A stretch of DNA of 64,000 bases from Leucoraja ocellata (lineage: Eukaryota), in contig JAWMAR010001139.1 in assembly GCA_036785375.1 (NCBI GenBank), forward strand, positions 186,001 through 250,000, read 5' to 3'. Position 1 is the first letter of the stretch. Every line of letters begins with the position of its first letter. The notes beneath the pieces were generated by a model that was given only the letters and a program-made list of their open reading frames with translations, searched no databases and was not told the DNA's origin. Position numbers and translations under genes: made by a program. Of the stretch, positions 51,284 to 64,000 are shown one piece after another.

Positions 51284-52909
51284 CTGCAAACCAGAGAAAA
51301 AAAAATCTCTTATCTTTCTTTCAAAAAGCACATTTAATCCAGTATAGAATTCCAAGTATCATTACAGCTGTAATTACACTGAGCTCCTGATTTCAGCAGA
51401 CATGAGCTAAAGCAGACACCATGGAGAGAAAATTATCTATTTCATTTTTTGGTACATTTATATAATTGAAATATAAATAAATTCCAACAAAACATCAAGT
51501 TATATCTTAAAATGTGACCCCTTTTTTCAAATAGAGAGGCAGAGAGAGAAAGAGAAAGCAGAAAACTATTAACTCCCGGCTTGACATCAGTGGCAGATGG
51601 AAAATTTAAATCTATTATGAGGGATGTGATAGCAGAACTCAATTAAAAAGGTGAAATGGACAGTCACGTTTCGGTTCAAGACTCTTGTAAGTAAAAGTTA
51701 TTGAACTAAATATCAGCTACCCATTACACTCAACAGCTACTTTGACTCGCTCAGTTCCTCAAGCCAATTAGTACCAAGGGAAACAAGTTCTACAGAGAGC
51801 GAGTTTTTGGAATTCCTTACCCTAGAAGGCTGTGTAATCACGGTCATTATGCGGGTTCAAAGCGAGATTATTACGACTTCTGGGTATTATGGTTATCAGG
51901 AGTTGAGTATTGATCTGGAGTATGGCACTGAGATAGAAGATCTGCCATGACCTTAATGGATGACAGTGCAGGCTAATAGGAGTAGATGACATGCTCCAAT
52001 TTCCTATGTCCTTGCTTAATAGCATTGCTATTAACATGTTCCATCACTCGCTGATGATTGAGAAAGCAGTGGTTCTGCGCATTCCTCTGGTATTTAAGTT
52101 TCATGTTTAGATGCTTCCTGCTTTTCAAAGGACACTCCAAAAGGCCGTGTGCTCAAGTCAAATTTCCTCTCGTTGAACAAACTGTGATGAGTTTAAATAA
52201 ACAGAATATTGACTCAATAAGGAATATCCGTTCCTGTTGGTTGGTTAAGGATGGGTGTGCAGATTTTAACCGGATGTATACTTCTCAGTGCTTCAAAGAA
52301 AACATCAGGACCACTATTTGTGTTGAAAAGTGGCCATTATATACAGCCAAGCAGGTCAGAATATGAAGGCAATGAAACACTCAAAAAACCATGCCCATTC
52401 TGCCCATGATCACTACAACGGGCAAGAACCTCTTTTCGCAATGAACCAAATGAAAACTCCACATTAAGCATCTGGGAAATAGGAGAAAGCAATGTGTCAC
52501 CTCAATCCTAGTCTCCCATTCAACAAAATGAAGCACTCATGTAATTTTCCTTCCCAATTCTCATAACCCTCGATTCTTCCGCACGGCCAAAAATGTATTT
52601 CAAACTTGAATATATTTAATGATAGAATTCTGAACACTCTAAAGAAATTTCATATGAGCTCCCCATTCTGGCTTTGAATCCTAGACAACCCCAGTGCATT
52701 TGTCCTATCAAATCTCTTCCTTCTTCTAAACACCAGACTAGAAGCTCATTGTTCATTGTTTCCTCATAGGTCACCATCATCTTCCATATTAAGTAAGCAA
52801 GTCCTTGTTGCAATGCATCTTGGGATAACTGTCTTTATAAGGAGGGTCACAACTGTATCTCTTGCGCTGTCTTGCTTTACTTCTTTACTTTAATTTGCTT
52901 GCAATAAAC

Positions 52910-53132
52910 TGTGGCGGCACCTGGTGGCACAATGAACCATCGGCTCTAGGTGGCGGTGTCTTGGTGTGGGAGGCGCTAGTCACGGGGTCAGTACCCGAGT
53001 TGGTATTTACGGCCGGGCAACGCCCGTGACCTTGGAGGAGTAGGGAGCTGTATTGGAGAGAATAAACACGTCTAGTGCACGCAACTCGTGTGCGATTAGT
53101 TTTTGGCTGGACTCCTTCGCGTCCCCGCCAAA
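52910..53132 (+). mobile_element. Probable solo LTR (Gypsy/BEL-like), about 223 bp
   Basis: Starts TGTGGCGG and ends CCGCCA(A)A (terminal inverted repeat, CA end apparently mutated). Contains TATTTA and AATAAA (53061-53066). CpG-rich in AT-rich flanks; flanking 4-mers aaac/aagc are an imperfect TSD. Confidence 0.6.
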
Positions 53133-54559
53133 AAGCACCTAATTTTCTATTTACCTTCTCAATTACTTCATGTCACATAATACTTCTATTCTGTTATTTC
53201 TGCTGCCACTTTGAATCTTAAAATGGCAAACTATCAAATCTAGAGGATCTGGCAGTCCTTCGTTCACCTACTCTTTTTCTCTAGTAAACATCATTGTTTT
53301 AAGTTCCTTGCTCTTCTCCCCCTTGCTTATACATTAATAACTTTTTGGTAAAGTTGGTACCTGCCTGCTGAAGATCCAAAACATATTTAATGCTCCTGCC
53401 ACTTCATTATTTTATTTTCAATGTCTCAACTTTAGAAAGTGCAAGGATACACTGAAATCTTGAAAGGGCACTGTTCACTCTAGTAGGAAAGATGCAAAAT
53501 ACTCAAAGGACCTACTGTGCGCTCTTGTTACAATACATAACTCTGCTTCCCCAAGTGCTCAAAGTCCATAGATATTCACACTATGCCTTCCAATTTCTGG
53601 ATGGTCATGTTTGAAATCTGCAGTTGTATCAAATTCATTTTTTGTACAAAAAACCAGTTGAAGTCCAACAGACCATGATTGTGCTTCCTCAGAGTAAGTC
53701 AACTCATTACCCACAAAGATTTGCAAAACATTCCACTAATATCTCTCGCAAGAATCACTAACCTTGGCGAAAAACGATACCACAAGGCAAGAGCAAAGAT
53801 GCATATATTTTCTGATACAGGATCCAAACGACACATCAACTTAGTTTAGACTTGTTATTATATGTTTGGGAACGGAGATATCACTCTCAGCCATAATATT
53901 TGCATCTCAAAATTGCATTTTCCTTTGCCACATGCAAGGTTACTTAGTCCTTGTTATTACCAAAGATTTTTAAGACTCTAGCTGTAATCCAAGGACACCG
54001 TGGACCAAACTGGTCCCCATAATGTACCCCACAAATTGACAACAACTCCAATGACAAAGGATATGGAGTATAGAATAGGGAAGAATCAGGGTGCAGTATT
54101 TTTATTGCACAATTCTCTTTAAAGTTTTAGAATTCATGCCAGAAAATTTTCCACTCGTGTTGTGATCTTTTCAGATGAAATAGCCCCCAATTTCATGATG
54201 CGCCTGTTTGGTTTCTCATTACATCCACTAATGAAACATCTATTAAAAAAATATACAGCATTTATTCAGGAAAGATAAGAGTTCAGGATGAATGTTAAAT
54301 CTTCTAATTGAGAAATGTGCATATCTCTGCCACGAAGTCAGGTTAAACTTAAAAAAAACAAGGCTGGGAATGTTTGTCAAGTCAGGCAACACGTGTAGAA
54401 AGAAAAACAAAGTTAATGCCTCAGGTCAATGCTATTTAATCAAAAGTGTTAAATTAAATATATTAAATTGTGAAAGGGCAGAGAGATCAAAGAATGCCAT
54501 TAATAGGGCAGAGACTAAAAGGCTGAAGGCATTAATAGGGCAGAGACTAAAAGATTCAC

Positions 54560-55310
54560 AATGTTTGATCTACACCAACAAGGCTCAAGGCAGGAGTGCG
54601 ATGGAATACCTTCCACTTGCATGGACGAGTGAAGCTTAAAGAATACTCAAACAGCTCAATGCCATACATGACATAGCCACCTGCTTGATAGGCACGCCAT
54701 GAATGCCATTCACTCACTCCAATATTGATGCAAGTAGCAGCGAGGTGCAATGGAGCAACTCATCTAGATTCCTTAGATACAGTGGCGTACCGTGGGGGGG
54801 GGCCAGTGGGGCGGTTGCCCCGGGCGCAAAATTTTTAGGGGCGCAAAATAATTGTTGAATAAATTTTTTAAATAAAATTAAGAGGCCTGGGGAGCCGTTG
54901 GAGCGAGGAGGGGTTACCTGGAGCTGTGAGTATAAAAACAGCGCGGGCCAGGCCGCCGCTGCCGCCCCAGCTCCGAGTTCTGGTCGCCACTGCCGCTGTC
55001 CCAGCCGCCACTGCCTCTGTCCCCCCCCCCCCCCCGCCCCGCCCCTGCCCCCGCCGCTAATGAGGCGCAAAACTTTAAACTGCCCCGGGCGCTCAAAACC
55101 CACCCTACGCCACTGCTTAGATAGCATTTTCTAAACCTGAAATTTGCCCTCCACCATCACTGGGTCAAAATCCTGGAACTTTCTCCCTATTGTTGCTATA
55201 CCCACATCTCAAGATCTGCAGAGATTAAGATTACCGCCGCCTTCTCAAAGATAATTAAGGGCAGGCAATGAAATGTTGGTTCAGCCTGCAAAACCCACAT
55301 CCCTCAAATG
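54560..55310 (+). mobile_element. Old CR1/L2-group LINE 3' fragment (host of the MITE at 54780)
   Basis: Encodes IY..KAQGRSAMEYLPLAWTS; 3' end 'gggtcaaaatcctggaact...ccacatccc'. A related tail lies at about 60200-60410. Confidence 0.6.
54780..55115. mobile_element. GC-rich hAT MITE, 336 bp
   Basis: TIR CAGTGGCGTACCGTGGG / CCCACCCTACGCCACTG; perfect 8-bp TSD CTTAGATA (54772-54779, 55116-55123); TGCCCCGGGCGC near both ends. Confidence 0.92.
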
Positions 55311-55650
55311 AAAAAACTCTGAAACCACACCGAGGTCCATATCCAAACACTAGCCAACTTTATATTAATTTCTAATATCACTTTCTGGTTAATAAATTGA
55401 TCGAGTCATATCAGGGGAACAAAATATGCGCTGATGGAAAAGGGAAAGAAGGGATCGATGAGCTGAAAAAAGAAATAGCAAATTAAAAAACTAGATAAAG
55501 CTGAAAGAAAGGATTAGGCAGAATTGCCTACCTAAAACAAGAGAGAAGAATAACAATCCATGACTAATGCTACATTAGAAAAACTAGCCAGGCATAAATC
55601 CTTAGTCTGCGTAGACACGTGGATGCGAAGTGAATAGGGGAATCAATTTA

Positions 55651-55800
<150 letters not shown>

Positions 55801-56481
55801 TTATACTTCTCTTAGTCCACTACAGGAGTTAAAAAGTATATTAAGACCTTGGAACAAGGAGAAAAAGATCCTTTAAATGTACAAATACACAGATGTTTCT
55901 TTATCTTGAAGATTAACCACCCTTTTCAGTTTCTTTCTTCCTTTAACCATCACTCTTGCACAGTTGCTGAGGCCACATTAGATTGCCATACAATGAAATC
56001 GCTCAGTGAGTGATAGCAGGCTGCGACAGATGCCCCAGTTGAGCTCAAATGACTCTGTACTTAAAGACAACAGACACATGTGTTTATCAGCAGCCAACAA
56101 GGATCCGACAATCCTCCCAAATAAATCCCCAGCCCAGAATATCCCAGCTGTCCCATTTCAGGCCAACGTTTGCACCTGTGGTTTGGAATTGATCCAAAGG
56201 CTTCAAGAGAGAGGGGGAATTAGAAAACATCAAGAGTCTTCCAATGTTGTTAATACTAATGATTGGCACAGTTAACATAGAACAGAACAGCACAGGAACA
56301 GGCCCTTTGGCTAACAATATCCATGTTGAACATGATGCCAAGTTAATTTAATCTTCACTACCTGCATGTGATCTATAGCCCTACTCAATAGATTGCTCAA
56401 TACATTCACCTTCGCTCAATACATTAACTTTTGTTTCAGAAATTTCGAGCAGTATTAATTAAAAACTATTCATCAACTCAC

Positions 56482-56528
56482 AGTTCAAATGGAACCCCAT
56501 GCTCCATGCAGTCACTGTACTGTAGTAC
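56482..56528 (-). CDS. RPS6KB1: RPS6KB1 exon 2
   Basis: 47 nt, VLQYSDCMEHGVPFE(L), comparable to human GQLNESMDHGGVGPYEL; ctttccag| ... |gtgagt; phase matches exon 3. Confidence 0.85.
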
Positions 56529-58014
56529 CTGGAAAGCAAGAAATACATTAGTACATTCACAACGTAAATAGACTTCTTCGTTATACAGTTTCTCCAATTT
56601 ACCAAATTGTAAACTACTATGAATTGAATTGACTGCCTAATTAACATATAGCAAACATGACCCATCTTTAGCAGTGACTTGGTTATCATGCTTCAGGTAT
56701 TTACAAATCCTGGTTTTGATTCACCACAACATCTTCCACACATCACCCAGCCAGTTGATTTTTTTATTTTAATTGATCACTTGCTCCACAAATATTTATC
56801 AGTGTGACCATTAAAGCAGGATCTCATAAGATTTCTTCTCTCAATGTGCCATTAATTATGTTGCAACAAATCTCTGCACTATTTTGCTTCCAGCAGATTT
56901 TGAATCACATCATTGTCCATAACATTCAAATATTATGAACAATAATTTATACCCCAGAATCTTTAAAGTAGACTGCCTAAAACTCTCTGGATTCAAACAA
57001 ACATTGCAAATTCCTCATTAAAAGATAGATACTCTTTAGTGGCACAAGATAGTGGTGAGATGGGATTTGGTGAGTTGGGGGGTGGAATGGGAGACCCGCA
57101 AAAGGGAAGGCTGGGTGATGGCCCGATGAAGGTGTTGCAGAGGAAAGGAACTGGGCAATGACCGTGCGGAAGTGTTGAGTGGAAAGAAAGATGTATTTTT
57201 TAGTCTTGCTGCAATTTTCCTTTTGCAACAGTATTGACTTCCTCTCCAAGGAGATTAATCAGGTTAATTCTTGGTTTGCCAGCAGGTAGCCACCAATAGC
57301 TCCATTCATTAATGGGATTCTGTGCCAGTTGGTCCGACTGTTTATTTGGGTGTAATCCAGCTAGATTAATTTACTAGTCATGGCTTCAATTTAAATCTTG
57401 TCTTTCCTAGTTTTGGTGAAACGCTTTTCATTTTATCCGTCAACATGCAATATACAATTACAATTTTAACTGCTAATCTAGAATAAAACCATGATACACT
57501 GCCCTACATTCTTTACACTGAATTCATTATGAATTGCTTAACAACCTTCATAAACCAAGTTTAAAATAATTCTGTAAACAGAATCAGCAATCCTCAAGTA
57601 TAAATATGGATGTACAACCTAGGATTTACCTCACTGTGCAACAATGCTTTATATCAGTTCTAACATTTGTTAACTTGCTATTGGCATAGTTATTGTCTTC
57701 AGGTCACTGGGTACCTCATTCTGCAACAATACTCACATTAATTATACAAGTAGTTCGCTCTGCCTACTTTTACTGTTATCAGGTCAAAAGAGTCAAAGTC
57801 AGGATTACAAAGGTACGATCATCAATTAAGCCAAATTCATATTTTTTTGCCAAGAATTCATTTGTACCACTGTTGCAGGAATTGGATTATTTGCTGCTTT
57901 TAATAAAGTCAGCAGCTACGCTGTAGGAAATGACAGTAGGGAAAGGCATTTTCTGTTTCCCCATTCTGTGGAAGGACTAGAACAGACCAAGCATTTAATC
58001 ATCTCAAATTATTT

Positions 58015-58475
58015 GGGTTTAATTCTCCTTCCCATTCCCACACAGACCTCCATTGTCAGAGTGAGGCTAAATGCAAATTGGAGGAACAGCATCTCATATT
58101 TCGCTTGGGCAGCTAACAGCTCAGTGGTATGAATATTGATTTCTCTAACCAGGTAGCCCCGGCATTCCCTCTCTCTCTATCCCTGCCCCACCCAAGTCAC
58201 ACTAACTTCTTATTTTCACCCTACAAACAGCCAACAATGGCCTGTCTCCTTTATCATCGTGACTTTTTAGCATATCTTTCATTCATTGTTCTTTATCTCT
58301 CTACATCAACGTCTATATCTCTCGTTTCCCTTATCCCAAACCAGTTTGAAGAAGGGTCTCGACCCGAAACGTCACCCTTTCCTTCTCTCCAGAGATGCTA
58401 CCTATCCCGCTGAGGTACTTCAGCTTTTGTGTCTATCTTCGATTTAAACCGGCAACTGTTGTTCCTTCCTACACA
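58015..58475 (+). mobile_element. Penelope-like element 3' end with terminal repeat
   Basis: Close copy of 24315-24640 (KLEEQHLIFRLGS*QLSGMNIDFSN) followed by TTGAAGAAGGGTCTCGACCCGAAACGTC (hammerhead motif with C3 changed to U). Confidence 0.85.
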
Positions 58476-59917
58476 ATATTTTCCAATGATGGCTACCCCC
58501 GCCTTCACTACAATTAGTTTTATTAATTCACTGTATCAACCTTGATGACATATTTTTAATGTTTGAATTTAGGAACGAAGTGAACGCCTGGTCCCTTGCT
58601 TATTCATCTGTGAATGAACATTAGGTTAGTGCAGCAGCAAACTTCGCTACAATATACTCATTCCAAAACTCACCATCTTTGTACATTGACTGAAAGAGTC
58701 CTACGCTGCCTTCAATTTTTAATACAATATACTTCCCAACTGAATTCAGATCCCCTCCCTTAGTCTGTCTTCGTGCTTGTGCTCTCACATTATTTTACTA
58801 CTTATTTATTTGTCCTCATAAATCTCCACTACCCGTTTTCTTCTTTTTGTATATTGCTGTTAACAATAACGTTATTGACTATCGTTAACCATCTACAAAC
58901 TCTTGTTCTGGCAAAGTACTGGTAACATGAAGAGCAGGCACTTTCTGTAACAGTACAGTATGAACTTTTTTTTTAACAGAAACTATGCTGCAATGTCTAC
59001 TCTTCAGGCATTATATCCTACTTCATCCATAGATCAGCTCCAAATTTTAAAACCTATATGTTTTACAAAGTACATTGCCATTTTCTAAATATCCCATTAT
59101 TGAAATTCTACACAACTTTTCCAACATCATTCGAGTCTGCATTTTGAGGACATTTTCTCATCCACAAGTCCAGTGGCCAAACATTCTACCATCTTGCACT
59201 TACATTCAATTAATACTGACAGCTTAACAATGAGATTTTTTAAAACGACAAAACTCTGACTGATAACAGCTTACTTTATCCTTCCACGTGAATAAATGCA
59301 GGTTAGAAATGGTCAAGATACATTATGTTGTTAATTAAAACACATCCTAATCACCTCATCACCTTATACACTCCCGCTGCCTGATTGCCACAAATTTAAA
59401 CCAGAATAACACTTCTACATCCATCAGAATTCACACATTTATACTTGTGACTATCGAACCTTGGTTTAAACCAGAGGTGTGGCAGATTGCAGTGTTCAAT
59501 CAAGAGTTGAGCTGCGAGCAAAAAAAAATAAAAAAAATCCAGATATATTACCCTGCAAGTTCATTTTTCTCCTCCATCTATGAAGGCTGCCTCTTTAGCC
59601 TTCATGAACCAGCCAAATTAAATTCTACCACCAAATTCCTCCAAAATAAAAAAAGACAGATGCTGCAAGTCTGACTTTAAAACAGATAATGATGGAAATA
59701 CTTCTCAGGTCAAACATGTGGGGAGAGAGAAAGAGAAGAGACACACACACGCACGCACATCTGTTAATATTTCAGGTTGATGGCCTTTCATCAGAAGCCA
59801 AATCCATTCACTTGCCACTGCCCCCTTACTAGTCCTCCTTCCCTCACTTGTATTCAGAACATTGAACAGTGCAGCACAGGAACATGCATTGCATCTCACC
59901 GTGCATGCACCAACCAT

Positions 59918-59995
59918 GATAGAAACATAGAAATTAGGTGCAGGAGTAGGCCATTCGGCCCTTCGAGCCTGCACCGCCATTCAATATGATCATTT
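59918..59995 (-). mobile_element. CR1/HER1-like LINE extreme 3' tail
   Basis: atagaaacatagaaattaggtgcaggagtaggccattcggcccttcgagcctgcaccgccattcaatatgatcat, near-identical to about 36110-36176. Confidence 0.8.
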
Positions 59996-61135
59996 ACATT
60001 TACAAGATGATGTAAATGTAATTAATTCCACTCTCCTGCATGTGGCCCTCAACCCTCCATTCCCTGCCTGTTCATGCGACAGTCTAAGCTCATACATTGC
60101 TCGCCCCAATCTCACCAACGCTGCACATTTACTTTCCACTCCTGTTCTCTATGTTCCATTGTCTAGAAGGACAAAGACAACCGGGGCAGAGAACTCCCCC
60201 TTCCAAGGTCCAAATTTCACACCATCTTGAATGACAAACATAATGCTGTTCCTTTAACACCGTTCAGTCAAAAATTTCTAATGCAACGAGACGACCACAA
60301 CTGTTTGCAACTCAACACCAATCTCTAGAAGGAAGTTATGGAAGGTCGATATTATTTAAGGGTATGAACACTGGTTTTGTCAGCGAGGCCCTCGTGCCAA
60401 GAGTGCAAATAACAGTATTCACCAGGGTTCCTCAACTAATGCCCATTTAATTTGTTAAGTGTTTTGATGGCTAAATGGCTCTCCTGTAATCTCATCCTAG
60501 CACGAGCTCAGATTCAGAAGTGAGTTTTAGAATTGAGTAAACCAATTGGCAAAACATGAGAAACAAAGAATTATCGATTAATATAGAAACTTCTGACTGA
60601 CATGCTGCATTCACGCTAATGGTGAATACAAGTTGTTGAATTGGCCATTATAGATTGCAACTCATATTGCAAACTTAAAAAATTGTAGCTGCCAAAGTAA
60701 TTTATACAACAGGTTAATTAAAGTTCTAATTATTTGCTGCCTTGCACTATGAAATACTCATGCAGACCTTGCAATGGGTAGACTACTACAATTAGAATCA
60801 ACATATCCTGTACGAGCCTAACTTCTGTTTAATCTGCTTGCAACCTGGAATTGAGGGAGGGTGAAGCCTATAACAAATGTTTGAACCTTTCATAAGATTA
60901 TCCATCCCTCTACATTCTGCAGTTTACTTCTAATAAATCGTTGAGGAGTCTTTTTTTTAACGAGTGGATTTTACAGTGTACCATAGCACGGTTTATCACA
61001 ACACATATATATTTCAACCCAGATGATATGCTTCAGGTCTTTCTGCAGTGAAATAATCATATTTCATCCTCCTAATCTGAGATGTAGAGCTTTGGTTACA
61101 GGCATGCCATTGGGTTCTGAAGCTAATTTTGAAAA

Positions 61136-61900
61136 TTGATTGATTGATTGATTAAATGACGCAGTCTAGAAACTGTCACTTCAGCCCACCAAGTCCATGG
61201 TGACCATCAATCACCCGTTCATACTCGTTCTATGTTATTCCACTTTCACACCCACACCCTATATACAAGGGGAAATTTACAGAGGCCAATTAACCCACAA
61301 ACCTGCATGTTTTTGGGATGACGGAAGAAATAATAATAATAATACTTTATTGTCATTGTAAATACATACAATGAAATTTCAGGCGCACTGCCCGAGCGGA
61401 GCTCCAACGTATCAGATAAATAATAACGACAATGGAAACAAGAAACGGCAAGAAAAACGTCAAGTCAGAATGTGCAATATTTCACATGTAGCAGTACAAC
61501 ATATTGGCTATGGGGAGTGTGTGTTCAGTGCAGAGTTCAGAGTGGTGATGGCCTTGGGCAGAAACTGTTTGTTAATCTTGTGGTGTGTGATTTGATAGAC
61601 CTGTAACGCTTTCCTGGGGGCAGAAGGGCAAACAAGTGATGTGCGGGATGAGATGAGTCCTTTAGTATGCGTGATGCCTTCTGCAGGCAACGAGAGCTAT
61701 AGATCTCTTCCAGGGCAGGCAGATATGTGTTGGTGATCTTCTGGGCTGTATTGATGACTCTCTGAACCCAGAAACCGGAGAACCCAGATGAAACCCACAC
61801 GGTTACAGGGAGAACGTGCAAACTCTACACACAGATCTGAGGTCATGATTTTACCCGGGTCTCTACCACTGTGAGGCAGTAGCTCTACCAGCTGCACCAT
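61136..61900 (-). mobile_element. HE1/V-SINE-like SINE interrupted by a Rex1-like LINE 3' fragment (about 61331-61764)
   Basis: SINE tail with (attg)n at 61136 and SINE head at 61765-61900. The insert encodes QRVINTAQKIT...SHPAHHLFALLPPGKRYRSIKSHTTRLTNSF and has an AATAAA+(tta)n tail. Confidence 0.8.
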
Positions 61901-62496
61901 CAAGCCAATATCATCATCATCATCAAACCACAGATAATCCCAAGGATGAGGGTCAGTGTTAATGAACACATGGCAGCAGAAAAGTCATTATCTCCATGAA
62001 AAAGTCAGATAATGTGCTTTTTCATGCTTACCATCTTCCGTGTCATTCATGTTTTGACACGGACAAGGCATTTTTCACTGTGGCAGTCAGCTTCAAATAT
62101 ATGTGCATTTGACATAACAGTCACTTGTTTATGTAGCATCTTTTACACATTTTAAAAGAGCACAATAAAAAGCATCCAGCCACATTTTATTATTATTAAT
62201 ACAGGCGATGGTTGAAGTTGAAGGCAGCAACAGTTATTGCACATCCCTAAATTACCCTGAGAAGATAGTGGGATGATTTAGAGCAGTATTGGCAGTGTTC
62301 CCACATGTCTGAGGCCCTCACTAATAGGGGTCACAAACCGAGCTGTGCGGTGTGGAAGGCTGTTTAGCTTTTACATTGCCAACAACGGAGGCATGCGCTT
62401 GGGAAAAAAAAAGTGTTGCAGATGTTAAGGTGTCAATCAAATGCCTGCGTTGTACTACATGCAGTCAAACTACTTGATTAATAATAATACTCGATA

Positions 62497-63060
62497 ACAA
62501 TCAGCACGGGAGCACCTCAAGGCTGCATGCTCAGCCCTCTGCTTTACTCACTCTATACTCATGACTGTGTAGCCGGACATGGTACAAACTCCATCATCAA
62601 GTTCGCCGATGACACCACTGTTGTGAGACGAATCACTGATGAGGACGAGTCAAAGTATAGTGAGATCGACCGATTGACCAAATGGTGCTATAACCTGGTG
62701 CCATACAGAGAGTAGGTATGTCAAAGAGGACGCTCTCAAACTTCTACAGGTGCACAGTAGAGAGCATGCTGACTGGTTGCATCGTGGCTTGGTTCGGCAA
62801 CTTGAACATCCAGGAGTGGAAAAGAATTCAAAAAGTTGTGACCACTGCCCAGTCCATCATCGGCTCTTACCTCCGCACCATTGAAGGGATCTATCGCAGT
62901 TGCTGCCTCAAAAAGGTTGCAAACATCATCAAGGACCCACACCATCCTGGCCACGCACTCATCTCTCCGCTACCATCGGGTAGAAGGTACAAGAGCCTGA
63001 AATCTGGTACATCCAGGTTCAGGAACAGCTTCTTCCCCACAACCATCAGGCTATTAACAG
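62497..63060 (+). mobile_element. Rex1/Babar-clade LINE fragment with internal deletion
   Basis: Close copy of about 49216-49410 and 49645-49990 (PQGC.LSP, IIKFADD, FYRCTVES.LTGCI). Confidence 0.9.
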
Positions 63061-64000
63061 GCTATCTGGGACACATGACAATAAACTCTCTCGACTTGAA
63101 CTACACTCAACCAATAAGATCACTAAGCCATCATATTTCTGACTTGTGCCATTTAGAATGCAGAAAGTCACCCAGAATATTCAGTTTTCAGGAAAAAACA
63201 ATTAAATGCTTGAAAAGCAAAAAAAACTGCAGAGCTATGGAGAAAGAAGAGATCGTATTCAAAGAGATAGCACAGACAAGATAGCCATTTCCTCTGATGT
63301 ATCATGCTATGATTCTACCCACATTCACCACCTCTCTCCCTGATAACAGTGAATTCGAAATGTTTCTCACATTGAAATCATGCCTTGAACTTTACGCCAC
63401 CAAGCTTACAATTCCTTCCTCTCATAAGAGCTAAACAGCATTTCCTATCTGCCTCCCAAAATTCCTCTGGTGCCCATCTATTGTCCAAAGCTTCAAATCC
63501 TGGATTGCCCTACCAAGGGCATATTTACAATTTTTGATCAGCCTTTAGATTACACACCCATTCCGCAAATCCACTACCCATACATCATATATCTCGACAA
63601 TACCAATTACAGTATTTCCCAACCCCCCACAATCACTGTATCCAGAAGCAAATGGTTATCAGGTGCTCAAGGATCACAATTACAACCACGTTGTTTCCAA
63701 ATCAGTCAGCAATCTGACATGGAAATACATTTCCCCTTCAACCTCCAAGGGGCAAGTGTACAACCACCCTATAAAAAGACAGAAATAGGGGTACAATTTA
63801 GCATACAAAAATGCAAGACATAAAACCTGATGAATCTGAGCGAAGCAAAATTTTAAAGTCCAAACAAGCGATACGATGAAAAAGAGACTATTAAAAGAAA
63901 ACTCATGATTCAAAGAAAAGCAATCCAGAAATGTTATAATTATAAAGTAATCTTGTAGTTAGAAGCAGTGGCAATGAAGATCCCTTGAAAAACAGTAATA

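Noticed and set aside
54497-54553. Short direct duplication (cattaatagggcagagactaaaag twice)
   Set aside because: Ordinary local slippage duplication next to a LINE remnant.
54714-55134. Gly/Ala/Pro-rich ORFs on both strands
   Set aside because: By-product of the GC-rich MITE, which has few stop codons.
59545-59620. Possible RPS6KB1 exon 2 (…TGAACTTGCAGG|gtaata)
   Set aside because: No good acceptor or protein similarity; the segment at 56482-56528 fits in sequence, size and phase.

Overview
Vertebrate genomic DNA, most likely from a cartilaginous fish (skate/ray-type repeat content; inference). Two genes lie tail-to-tail, as they do in mammals. On the + strand are the last two coding exons of RNFT1 (C3HC4 RING finger, stop at 1059-1061). 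On the - strand are coding exons 2-15 of RPS6KB1 (p70 S6 kinase 1, 56528 down to the stop at 16985); exon 1 lies beyond the window. All RPS6KB1 exons have GT-AG boundaries and join in frame. The introns hold HE1/V-SINE-like tRNA SINEs, CR1-, Rex1/Babar- and L2-type LINE fragments, Penelope-like elements, a probable solo LTR and several non-autonomous DNA transposons with intact TSDs (8, 7 and 6 bp). An internally deleted Tc1 element lies between the two genes. Leads worth testing: (1) a 63-nt stop-free, in-frame candidate cassette exon in RPS6KB1 intron 6 that folds into a hairpin covering its own donor site; (2) minimal hammerhead-ribozyme motifs in Penelope tails, two of them intact and in the sense orientation of the pre-mRNA; (3) inverted Penelope tails closely flanking exons 5-9, whose back-spliced circle would be 489 nt with no stop codon; (4) a competing donor at exon 14 that would replace the C-terminal tail; (5) DNA transposons with unusual 6- and 7-bp TSDs. 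All were read by eye and none has been verified computationally or experimentally.
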